Positions 23,991-46,757 of a stretch of 64,000 bases of DNA are shown here, in pieces; positions within the stretch are counted from its first letter, which is position 1; each line of letters starts with the position of its first letter. The notes beneath the pieces are model-generated. The model did no database searches. It was not told where the DNA came from and saw nothing but the letters and a program-made list of their open reading frames with translations. The DNA comes from Bugula neritina (lineage: Eukaryota; Animalia; Bryozoa), in NCBI GenBank assembly GCA_964035545.1, contig OZ037772.1, forward strand, positions 8,859,150 through 8,923,149, in the 5' to 3' direction. The position numbers and the translations under genes were made by a program.

Positions 23991-25979
23991 AGCAGTTATG
24001 ACTCATAAATCTGGAAGATTCTTTCACAAACAGTTGCAGTACCTGCAATCAGTATTATCAGTTCAACTAAAACTTTGTAATATTATATAATGATGGTATA
24101 ATCATTTTCAAATATCTCAATAGTAGAAGTTTTTGCTATATTAACTTTCTTTTTCTTTGTGGCAGAAGCACACATTATTATTAGTAATTAGTGTATTAGA
24201 TCTATCACAGATATTCATAAAAGCAGAAATTATGTAACCATTTCAAAGAGCTGTCAGGGTGAGATTACAGCATCAAAGTAAACACTTCATAATACATTCA
24301 TCTTTGGTAGGATATTACAACAAGTGTCAGTTATTGTTATTGCTCCAAAGTCAACAGTATTCATACAGCAACATGCTGATATCTATTGCAGTTTCAGCCT
24401 AATTGTCCTTAATGCTGACATTTTACTGTACAAGTTAGCAGTTTAAACATATCCGTCTGTAAACCAGGTGAGTAAGTTCTCCTTTTACCTTTGTTATCAA
24501 ATTGTTTTTATTGATTTTAATGATTACTATAATTTCGAAACTAGTTTCAACTGTCATTGGTGTAAAAAGTTGTGAGCATTAATTTTAATAAAAGTTAATT
24601 TGTTCGCAAAATTCTATTGCTCTTTATAATTTAACTATACTTGGCCCATTAGAAAAATTTTGCAGAAATAAAGTTTGAAAATTTCCTTTGCTAGACACCA
24701 CAGGTGAAATTTCCTGGTATAATCACTTTGATTACATCATAAAAGAATAATGAGCTTAGACAAAAATTGTGCTAAGGATTAGCATTTTGGAGTGCAGGTT
24801 AAAATTCTTGTGAGAACATAACTTCTTGTGCTACATTTCTAATCTGGGACACAGGCTTTTCTCAATTTCTCCATTACAGCAACTAATACTATTACTATTC
24901 ACATGACTTAGCCTGCCTGTATGTCATGCGTATGGCTTGTGACGATGCAGGGAGGGGGGTATTGTGGGATGTGCATTGACCAATGGGAATTCAACAACGA
25001 TAACAAATAAATATTGTAATAAGTCAACACTGGCTGTAAATTCAGCAATACAACAGTTAGTAGATTCACTACTGAAGAAAAAATTATAATATTATCATAA
25101 AATTACTAAATATCATAGGGTCAGTAGTTATTTTTTCTTGCTGCTACTTTTTGCTTATTATTTCTTTTCTTTTTCATTACTGTCATTTTTATATTCTTTT
25201 TTAATAATCTTTTAGGCACGTTATGTTACTCTTACAGCATGCTTTTTACTGTCTACAGGTTTCACTGTAAATATTTAAATGCTACACCTCTAGACTTCAA
25301 TATTTATAAGACATTGCAAAGCCAAGAACAATAAAAGTTATAAAGAGAACTTTTCAATTATTTTAAATATAAAAAATAGATTTTATTGAGACTTCAAAAA
25401 CAGCTCATGTACTATACAACTCTTGCTTGAAATTAGTAGCATTTGCTGATGTATTATTTTTAGCCTAAACTAGTAAATGTTTTGGTAAGAGAATAATGCT
25501 TTTGAGTTGTAATTTTATCAATACTATATAATCAACATACTTAACCATATATAGCCTATAAGTCTATATTCCCAGGTGTAAGTTTGTTCTTTTGTATTGA
25601 GCTGTAAACGAAGCTTTCCTTTCATTTCAACACTACCACATCAGCTAAGATGGTGGTTAAAAATAGCTGTTGCTAAAATGCACAGTCATACTTTACACAG
25701 CTGGTGAAGAGTTTGTATAAGCAAAGGAATAGTTTTACCGAGGCATATAAATTCAAGTGTAATGCTACTTTATAGTTTACCGAAAGAAAGCTTTTTTATT
25801 CGTTTATAACCTTATGAACTATATAGTACCAGTAGAAGATGCAGTAATATAAAACTGCTAAGTAAGAATTGCAGTAACAAAATATTCTAATTTTTGTTTC
25901 TCTCTCAATATATAAATGAACTTTTATTTCATTCTGTGACATTTATTATATAGGCAAACCCCTGCATTGATTCCTTGCA

Positions 25980-36431
<10,452 letters not shown>

Positions 36432-38717
36432 TAGCTTAGAGTCAAACTTATTCTAGAAAATTAGCTTAGGTGCTCTTTAAGCAATTGTATTTAAATACCA
36501 TTCCTTTATGACTTAAGTTTTCTTTCAAAATACTTCAGGTAATTGCCCTATTTTCAAATATATTTTTAAATATGTGCACTTTTTGCTTAAATGTTTTGTT
36601 ATTTGCTAATTAATATTTAAATCATTTCTTTGATTTTAAATGCAGAAAAAGCAATTATTCTGTTTGAGATCTTTTACTAGTGAATAATTTAATTAATCAT
36701 TTTTGTAATTATTAAAAATTTTTTTTTTAGCATTTGGTTTTGTTTATAGGTTTCAGCTAAAGTAACATAGGAGACAGTAACAAAATAAAATATATCTGTT
36801 TCAGATAACAAGTAGTTATTTATTTTATCTCTGGCATATTGGCATACCTCTTATCAGCTAGTAAAACTAGTATTTATATATACTTGTTATGTTTAAATGT
36901 AAGTGCTCTAAAAGAAATATCACAACTATAATAATGAAGAGAAGAAAATAAATCAATTTTAAAAGGCCATGAAGTAGATTGTGATCAGCAAGGGCTTAAC
37001 TTACCTAAACTTTAATCACAGTTAAAAACAATTGTATTTCAATTTTATTTCAATAGTTTTGGTTACTTCTAAGATGATGGTTTTGTAAACATATAAAATT
37101 TATAAATCAATTTAATATGTCTTATGCACAGTAATTTTTCTCTATTGAATGAATTTTGCCAACTATATGTAATAAATCAATCAATCAACTATATATATAT
37201 GTGTGTGTGTGCGCACGTGCGAGTGCGACTGTGAATGTGAATGTAGGTAATTTTACGTCTTCTTTCATTACCATTATTTAGTAAACAAACATGAATATAT
37301 TTATTTAGCCATACTAACATATGGATGACATTTAATATTTTATTTATATACTTGATGAATTATACAGATCTGATATAACCTGATGATCACTTCATTTATA
37401 AAATGTAATATCTACAAAGTCAACACGTGAACTTAACAATTAATACATATTAATATTATTTATTATATAATTGTTGTTACAAAACATAAATTCTAAACTT
37501 ATACGGGCTATGGTACTATTAATGCTGGTATAGCTTATGAACCTTAAAGATTCTTATACAATCAAAGCCAAGAAGTTCTTATCAACACCTCATTTTCTAT
37601 TACATTATTTAATCTGAAGCTGCGGGCTAACCAGCAACTTGCTTAGTTGATCAAAGTCAACTATTTCTGCAAGTTTTTCTGCATTTACGTTTACGCAGTT
37701 TACAAAAACCGGTATTAGTCTGTGGCTAGCAGCTGTTTCAAGATTTGTCCCCTCATTAGCACAGAACAGAGTACCATATGGCCCACACTTTCGAAATAGT
37801 AGAAACTTGTGCTACTAAAGCATATTTAAAAGGTGTATGAACTCAAGTTGAAGTGCTCATGTGACTCTTTGCAAAATGCTATAGCAGCTGTGTGTGTGTA
37901 TATATAATAATCAAAATTATCAACTTTAGGAGGTCACAATAATGAACTATAGCTGCTGTTTTGAAAACTACTATTCATAATGTATTGGAATAATTCAAAA
38001 TTTTCAGGGACTATATTACAAAGTAAATGGTTTGCTAAAAGATGGTATATTATAGTAATGCATGGTGCCGTGCGCTTTCAAGAGTTATGAATAATTACAT
38101 ATTTGCTAAAATTGTCACTCATGATTTGTTGACGTTGCCAATTGCCATTGCCAGTTGAATTCCATGATAATAGCTCTTAATCAAAATGTTTTATCTGGTG
38201 CCAGTCAGTATATGTGGTTTTTTGTGGCAGATAATATATGATTGCGATACAAATAGTAATCTGTTAGTTTACTCCAATTGTCGGCGATTTGGCTATATAT
38301 AAAATTCAGAAAGGTGATCAAATGTAAAAAATGGTAATATTAGACGAGAGAAATGCTATTGCGTTGTATGCAATTTTGATTTGGCATTATTGGAATGTAC
38401 TGTTCTATATTTAATAGGTATTGCATCACTATTCATGTGGCATACACTGCTTTTACGTGACTGTGCACTATTCGAATGAACTCATTTATGGTTGCAGTTT
38501 AGTTCAATGTTACTGTTTCCATTGGGCCAATGAAAAGTCGATTCAAATAATTCAAATCATAGAAATGTAGTGATAGCCTGCCTGTAGATGTATATCATGC
38601 CTATGGCTTGTGACAGTCATGTGGTTATGGTGTGATGCTTTATGACCAATGAGAATTCAGCAATATTAACAAATAAATTTTGTAATTAGTTAACAGTGGT
38701 TAGAAATCTGGCACAAT

Positions 38718-41700
38718 TAGTCTAGAATAAGTAACCTCCCAAAAAGTGCTCAAAAATTGGCTCATTACACTTTACTAGGTAGCCACTCTAAAAAGTTGTT
38801 TCTAGATCAGAATTTTGTGCTGATTCTGAATCTACAAACTTTAGAATTCTATCTTTACCCAAACTCAAGTTATTGCAAAAAACAAATCGACATCTTGAAT
38901 GAGTGATAAAAAGAAATGTGGATTGTGCAAAATAGTATCCAATTTTAACAAGCTATATCTTGAAGAAAAAATATTTGCTGAAATACCAAAAATAATTGCC
39001 TCTTATAACATAGAATTCTATGCTGATACTGAATTTAAAGACTGCAAGACGCTATCTCAAATTAAAACTAAGTTGTTTATATAATTGTATATGTTTGTTA
39101 TGAATCGCCATATTGCATGCGGCATAAGCATGCAGAATAATTGTATGACCAAGCTATTTATACCAAAAAAAAACAAAGTCATGCTGATGTGTGAAAAAAC
39201 TATATCTATAAAATTATAGCACAAAATAAATGTTGAAATGAATAAATATTGAAATCTTTTGAGCAGAGCCCAAGTGAATCATTTGCTAGTCTAGCTGTCA
39301 GTAGCCGTTAAACATCTGCAAAAATCAACAAGATTCTGTAAAACTATTTAGAGAAACAGAAGCATGAGAGATGATCAAAATCAAATTGGTTGCAGTGAAA
39401 TATATAACAAATGTCTAAAAATAGTGCTTTATTATGAAAAATTATTCTCACCATCATTGTCACTGCCGTCAGTCTCATCAGCTTCTTCCCCAATATAGAG
39501 CTTCTTCTCAGACAATCCTTACATTGACAAACATCAGTGTATGCACTGCATTTGAGACTTCTGACATCCACATCTTGATATGTTGCAACTAGTCTTACAG
39601 GAGCAGTTTAAACTTTGCAATATATACATGTTCAGGTGTGGAAGCTTGAATCATCCACTTTATAGTTATGCTGCCATGATTCCATAATGTTCTGGGGGTA
39701 GTGGATCAATATAGGTTGTTGTCACCTTTCTCCAAATGGCTGCCTGATAATCTGCTCTTTTGTTGGAGGTAAACTGTATTGAGTTATTTTAGACGGTAAA
39801 CAAAATACAGTGTATCGGACATCATCTATATTTGAATTTCCTGCTCCATAAAGTTAATTATAGACAAATTGTTCTACTTTAGCCACTGTAATGGCTGACA
39901 GCTTGAAATACTTCCCGATGGTGTTCAAAGCTTCCTGTACATTCAGGATATTTTCTCAGAGGAGAGTAGGCTGTGCGCTATTTTTTTCCATAAAAAGTGC
40001 TATAGTCGAATCACAACCTCTTAAAGCATGAAATTTAGTAAGCGCTGCACACAACTGCGGTCCAGATTTATTTACTGCAATGTTGATATTAAAATACCTA
40101 ATATGATTATGGTTTCCTCCCAGATAGACACTATTTTTATTTTGTTATCATATATATTAATATTACCTATATAACTGTTGTATTGATTGCTAAATAGCTA
40201 ATATGGTAATAACTATAGTAACTAACATGAATTATCTAGAATAATATTCTATTATTTTTACGAATTTGTGTGGGACAAAAAGTAGTAATACATTAATAAT
40301 AGACACTATCTTTAAGTGATACTTTTAACAAAATATCTTTTCAAACAACAGGCAAGATGTATAAAATATATAAAATTAATAAGTTAATGTGGATCAAAGG
40401 AATTTATTTATGCGCTAAATAACAAGCAATTGATCCAAATTCATTTAATTATACATATATTTCAATAATATTAAAATAAGTTGCACATGAAAATACATTT
40501 TACCAAAATAAATAATAACCGTTGAAGTAGGAAATTTAGCCTAGCCTTTATCTGGCATGACACCAAGATTACCACACCCGTGAAAAAATATAATTGGTAA
40601 GAAAGTAATGTTTTGCAAATAGCGAGACATCAGTGCCTTGAGATTTGATTATTACACTTGGGCTTATGATGTTCATAAGATATTTTGCAAGTAACAGAGT
40701 TTGTGTACCTGCTTCCTCGTGATCTAATTGTAAGCATTTGAGCTTTGTTTTTTTAAAAATTCTACCATGTTCAAAAAATTCTAGCTGAATGCAATATTTT
40801 TTTGGTATGCAACAACTATAATAATAGTATTGTTCTCTAAAATATTTTTACTCCATGTTTCACACAAAAGTGCACCAGTCTCAAACTCAGCTTGTTTTAT
40901 TTGCTAAAAATAAATTATTATTTTTGTAACAAATGGCACACATGAAAAAAGTACATGCCTGTGATCTTTGAATAAGGCAGCTCAAGATCATTTTTTTAAT
41001 AGATGGCCTAAATATAATCATATATATTTTAAATTATAGGGAAGCTTTAGGGTATTTCTTCTGTAACTATAAGTGAGCTAAATTGACGCTAGAGTCATTA
41101 TATCAAGATAGTATAAAAATATGCATTTTAACCGATAGCATTGTTTTAAAAACCAAATTGCTCATTTATATATAGTTCAGCTTAAATTTATTGGCAAATC
41201 TCAATCATACACATTTAAAATATTATTTTCCGGAGACCAGACCAACCTCTCCATGCTTCTCATTATTTTTTTTGTAAAAACAGTTATTATAATAAAAATC
41301 GTGTAGAAAATCATAATCAGACACAGATTTACTTATAATTCAGCTTTTTTATAGCTGATCTATAATAATGTTTGCCTTATAACTAGAAAACCCATTCCTT
41401 TGCTTATTTTCATCCATAGAATCCACTTTTTTTCAGATGTTTTCACAAAAAAATCACTAGAATTAAACTCAGAGAAATGAAAAACACATCTATGATTATC
41501 TGCAAAAGTTGATGCTTGTATATATAATAAACTAGCTTCAATAATTTCAAGATAATACTTAATGAGTTTGAACAAAGTTGTGGGGAGACAACTCCTCTAA
41601 AATTTCAAAGAGCTTTTGTAACTAACTGGGTGAACAAAAAATTTAGAGTTTTTATAACAGAAAGGTGAAAAGAATATCTATAATTATCAGCAAAATTATT

Positions 41701-41942
41701 TTTCTTATATAAAATAAATTAGCTTGAATGATTCCAAAACGTTCAGCCTATTAACAAGAGAAGACAACTCCTGATTCATTTTAAAAGTTTGAAGCGCTTT
41801 TGTGGCTAACTGGGTGCACAGAACAGTCTAGAGTTTTCACAGATTAATTAGGACCCCTCAAACTTTCCATTTCTGAAAAAATTGCGTGGCCACCTCTCGG
41901 AGTGTAATGAGTGAAAGATAATTGGAGGTTACTTCTAGACTA
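38718..41942 (-). mobile_element. Second decayed Academ (AcademX-like) DNA transposon, different subfamily
   Basis: TIRs TAGTCTAGAA(TA)AGTAACCTCC / GGAGGTTACTTCTAGACTA. Minus-strand relics: GPQLCAALTKFHALRGCDST (XPG/H3TH-like, ~40000-40063), SLPPT (~39765-39780), and the Cys8 finger CSCKTSCNISRCGCQKSQMQC/TDVCQCKDC (~39510-39610). Subterminal direct repeats at ~41583-41655 and ~41760-41838. Confidence 0.72.
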
Positions 41943-42502
41943 TAGTACTTTACGCAATTTGTGAATAGTTTGAAAGCTAAAAACTTATGGCTTCAAAAAA
42001 TATGTTAATCTCAGGGTGATTCTACTTTATAATTTTTCAAAAAAGTTAAGCTTTTCTTATTTGTTTGTAACTTTATGAACTATCCCAGCAGATGATGCAG
42101 TAATATAAAAATGCTAAGTAAGAATTGTAGTAACGAAATATTCCCATTTTTTGTCTCTCTCTCAATATATAAATGATCAAACTTTCATTTCATTCTGTGA
42201 CATTTAAAGGCAATTCTCTGCATAGATACATCACCATGGGTTACACAAGATTAAGCATTAAAGCTGTGATGACACTAGTAGCTTTACTTTTAGCTAATAG
42301 ACAAGAAGTGTCTGCAACTCAAAGTTGGGTATCGTCTCTTTATCAACCAGGTATTACTGTTATTTAAAACCTTCTTCTGTGGATTAGTCTATTGTATGAT
42401 TGCATTTCTCACAGTTCAACCATTTAAAATTGTTTAGCATTTTGCTGGCTAAATAATAAGTTTGTTTGCCCTCATATTTGATAAAGGTCACTAAAGAGAG
42501 AA

Positions 42503-42705
42503 GGGGTTAGAGCGTTTGCCTATAGTAAGCAGGAGGTCATGGATTCGAACCCGGCAAAGGCCATTGGTGATGTTAAGAAGAGCATCCAGTCATAATTGCT
42601 CTTATGCAGCTCATTTAGATAAGTCCGTATAGCCAGCTCTAACGAAAACCTTTTTTATCAGGGGTTTCTCACAGGAATAGTGACTATAAACTTGCGTGAG
42701 TTTTT
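42503..42705 (+). mobile_element. SINE family A copy (intron 1 of copy 3)
   Basis: Matches the consensus; absent from intron 1 of copy 2. Confidence 0.85.
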
Positions 42706-43050
42706 GATAGACTTATAGTTAACTACTTAAATGTCAATTGCTGGTTGTTGGTAAAAAATGCAACAAACTCCCGCTGAGTTGCTAGTTACTATATAATTCT
42801 TAATACAACTAAAATGCTTTTTGGTAGTTTTAAATACATGCAGCTATAAATTGCTTGTTGACAAGTGAATAATATAGTTGTTGCTAAAATTATAAAAGTT
42901 TTCAAAAAAATACCTAAATTAAACATGGCTCAGATATGATAAATCACGTACTTGTGGTTGTAAACTAATATAATTATTATGTAATTGCAAAGTCAGATCA
43001 ATTGCTTATTTAAAAGATCCTATATTTATGTTTTTTAATTAACTTTTATG

Positions 43051-43275
43051 AAAACCTCACACGAATCTATATATATATAGTCAATATCCCGTGAGAAACC
43101 CTATGCGGATGGAAAAAGTTTTTGTTGAAGTGGGCTAAAGATTTATTTAAATGAGGCACAGAAGAAATTATGACTGGATGCTTTTCCTAACATCACTAAT
43201 GGCCTTTGTCAGGGTTCCAACCCATGACTTTGTGTTTACTAGCCAAATGCTTTAACCTCTTGACCAATGCTGCTC
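43051..43275 (-). mobile_element. SINE family A copy (intron 1 of copy 3)
   Basis: Matches the consensus on the reverse strand. Confidence 0.82.
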
Positions 43276-45676
43276 TCTATTAACTATAATCATTAAAAGT
43301 TTATTACTAAATACTAGTATATTCATGTGAAATCATTTGCCTATTTTATAGGTGAATTTAATTCTATTTTATTATTTGAAGGTGTTGAATCTATAGAGAT
43401 TGTAAGATCAGCACTTGATGGAAGGTCACAACTATCTCATGACTGTCACAAAGCTCTCTCTCAGCTTTTAGCTAATCATACAGACCCTGATGTACTTCAG
43501 TGTAAGTTTCACAGAACTTACGCAGAATTGGTCAATGACGTTCTCTCTTTTAATGAAACATATTTCTGCACAGCGTGAATAATCATAATACAGTGCAATC
43601 TTTCACATTCAGCTAAATTCTCTCCTTAAATCTTGTGAAGAAGCAAACGCAGAATTTTTTTTGTTCCTTTTACATTTGGCCCTGATTTCCTGATTTCTTA
43701 AGTTTTGGTAACATACAGCGCTTACCCATGCCTAGACATCATTCAGCTTACATCAAAGCTATATTTTACACAACAGAACTGCACTAAGAAGGCCTGCAAT
43801 AACAATGAGACTAGTATATTCTGCTACATAAGGCAATTCTATTACTGTGAATGACTTGCTCCACCAGAAGTAATAGCACAATTGTGAAATCTCAGCTATC
43901 AGATATTTTCAGTTACCGAACCTATAAATGGTAAATATTGCTTCTATAACAGAGGGGAATATGGTCAAATCATGATATTTGTATATATATTACATAGCCG
44001 CTGTGATATGCAGCAGCTATGTACACTGGGAAAATTGCTCTAAATTATTTCCTTCTCCATATATCATTAAATAGAGTAGAAGGGGTAAATTTTTAATCAT
44101 TATACTGTTCAGTAAATACCGTCTTTTACCACAGACCTCTAGACTATCCAGTCCTGAATTTCGGCTTCTAATATATACAGCCATTATAACTCATAGTGGC
44201 TCTGAGCTCATCTTTTGACATTTGTTAAAAGAGGATAACTCCAAAAAACAATAATGCTAAGTTATTAAATTCTCCCCTAAAATTAGAAAAAGAATATTCT
44301 TTTTTTCTTTTGTCCGGCAATTAAATAGATGGCTGTTCAAGTTTTTTATATAACCTGATGAAAACAAAACCGCTTTTCACTATTATATTATAGTTAATCT
44401 CGAGACTGTTTATTTTGACTGAATGCAACCTGATTTAAAAATGATTTAATAATGCATGATAATTTACTAATAATAATTTAATTAGTTTAATATAATAATT
44501 TGATTTATTGTTTGTTACTTTACCATTCAAAATTTTTAAAAGCTATTTATTTTACATTATTTTCATAAATTTGTTTATTAAAGATTTTGACTCCTGGGGG
44601 AGAGTAGGATCAGGGTTGGCAGCTGGCCGTTCCCGGTACACAGGAAATTATGATGAATGCCTCAATGTGAAGAGTCCATTATTACCACAACTAGAAACCA
44701 AGTACTGTCTTGCCTTAATCAGCATAGTGAGTCCTGCAAACTCATTTTTAAAATAATGAACGAGCATTTTTTTCAACTTTTATTGTTATCACCCCATTAA
44801 TTTTGGTGTCCAGTAAAAATTGCACAGGTAATAATGTCACAAATAAAAGAGTAGGTAAAAATAGCATTTTAAATATTGGGGTTTAAGTTTGGGGGTAAGT
44901 GTGCCATTTTACCTACTTTTCTATTTGTGCTATTATTATATACCTGTGCCATTTTACCTGTTCCATTTTACTTAAAAACCATCAATTTGCTATCAATTAT
45001 TCATTTTTCTATCATGGTTATGATGTGTAGATATTTCAGCCCTTCAATATTAATACTTTGGAACATTGTACTTGTACATATACTTCAGCCAGCATCTACT
45101 CCATTACAACTGGGAGTTTGTTCCCCACAACAATGTACTCCAGAAGATCTGTCACAACTCTACAACACATCTGTACAAGAGACTACAGTCAGTGTAACCT
45201 GTCAAAGTCAAGATTATAAACTACCTGCAGGGAGTATTGCTGCTTTGTAAGTGTTTTAATTTAATTCAATAGATCAAACTCAAATATATTGCTATTTAAA
45301 ATTAGTGCAAATATTATTTATATGTTCTTCCAATTTTATAGATCTTTCCATATCTATATGAGTTGGTCCATATTATAGATAGTAATGGTATACTTATTCA
45401 GTTAAAGGATTATAGTTTCTGTAATTTTAAATTATTTCCAAATACTATATATTTTAAGTCATGAACTTATTTAAAAAAACAGGTAGTTTTAAAATTTTTT
45501 TTTTTAAATTTAATAAGATACCATTTACTCATTTAAACTGTCTTTAAGGATACGCAGCTAATTAGGCATAAAATCAAGATGTTAGTTGAGATAGCAAATT
45601 TTCCCAGAGTGATATTTCAACAGTTTTCCAGTTGAGAAAAAAGTGTTTTACAAACAGTTATATAGCCTCAAGTTTG

Positions 45677-45832
<156 letters not shown>

Positions 45833-46428
45833 TATACTATCCTTATATAATATTACAGAGTCGTAGTTGGACTGGTAATACTGATTGCGGTTACTGCAAC
45901 TGTTTGCGAAGGAATCTTCCAGATTCTTGAATCGAGATCAGAAAATCTAGGAAATGGCAGCTCAAATAGTCTTAGCTTAATGAAAACTGGTAAATTACTA
46001 AAACCATTTCTGAACTTGCTCGCTGACTGATACAGTATTTATATAAAAGGTGGAAATTTTTGAATTTTGTTTGGAATTCAAATCAGCTGCATGGTTGTTT
46101 CTTGACTGAGATTTTGTTTTATATTACTAACTCAAGCATTAAGTTGAATCTAGAAGATAAAAATTTGGAGTAAAAAGACACAAGCTTTTAGTACAATTTC
46201 TAAAATTGAACAACAGAGTTAACTTCTAATCAAGCTTTTCCATCTTTAGGTGCTGATATAAAACTAAAAATTATAAAAACAAAACCTAAATATCATTTGA
46301 AACAATGTCTTTTTACAAATGCAAATATATTTAGGTTCTCTAGCTTTGCGTAATGATTAAAAGTTTTTGGTGCATAACTTTGCAAAAAGATAAAATAGCT
46401 ATACCACTCTGCCAATATCAATAAGGAT

Positions 46429-46757
46429 GTAGTGTTGAGTTTACCCAGTGGTTCTCGTGGTGTAATAGTAGCACACTTGCTTGCAAGACAGAGGACTCGG
46501 GTTCGATTCCCAGTAGGGGCAATTATTTTTCAAGTTATTTCGGCTTTTAGTGAAGTGTAGTAGTAGTATGTCGAGGGAGTTGAGAGGCCAGCAGAGCCTG
46601 ATGACTGAAGGAGTAGTAGTTAGGCCAGTAGAGTTCAGAGAACTGGGTGGGATGTAGTAATGAGTTTACTCAGTGGTCCCCGTGGTGTAATGGTTAGCAC
46701 ACTTGCTTGCAAGCCAGAGGTCTCGGGCTCGATTCCCGGTGGAGGCAAATATTTTTC
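46429..46757 (+). mobile_element. Two tandem copies of tRNA-like short element family B (46429-46530, 46654-46757)
   Basis: Each copy is a leader (GTAGTGTTGAGTTTACCCAGT), a cloverleaf-like body (CGTGGTGTAATGGTTAGCAC...TTGCAA...GGTTCGATTCCC) and a T-rich trailer. Confidence 0.75.

Noticed and set aside
46676-46747. Functional tRNA gene (Cys, Ala or Gln)
   Set aside because: It has a 6-nt anticodon loop, stem mismatches and CTCGA in the T-loop, and there are many decayed dispersed copies. Treated as a tRNA-derived element.
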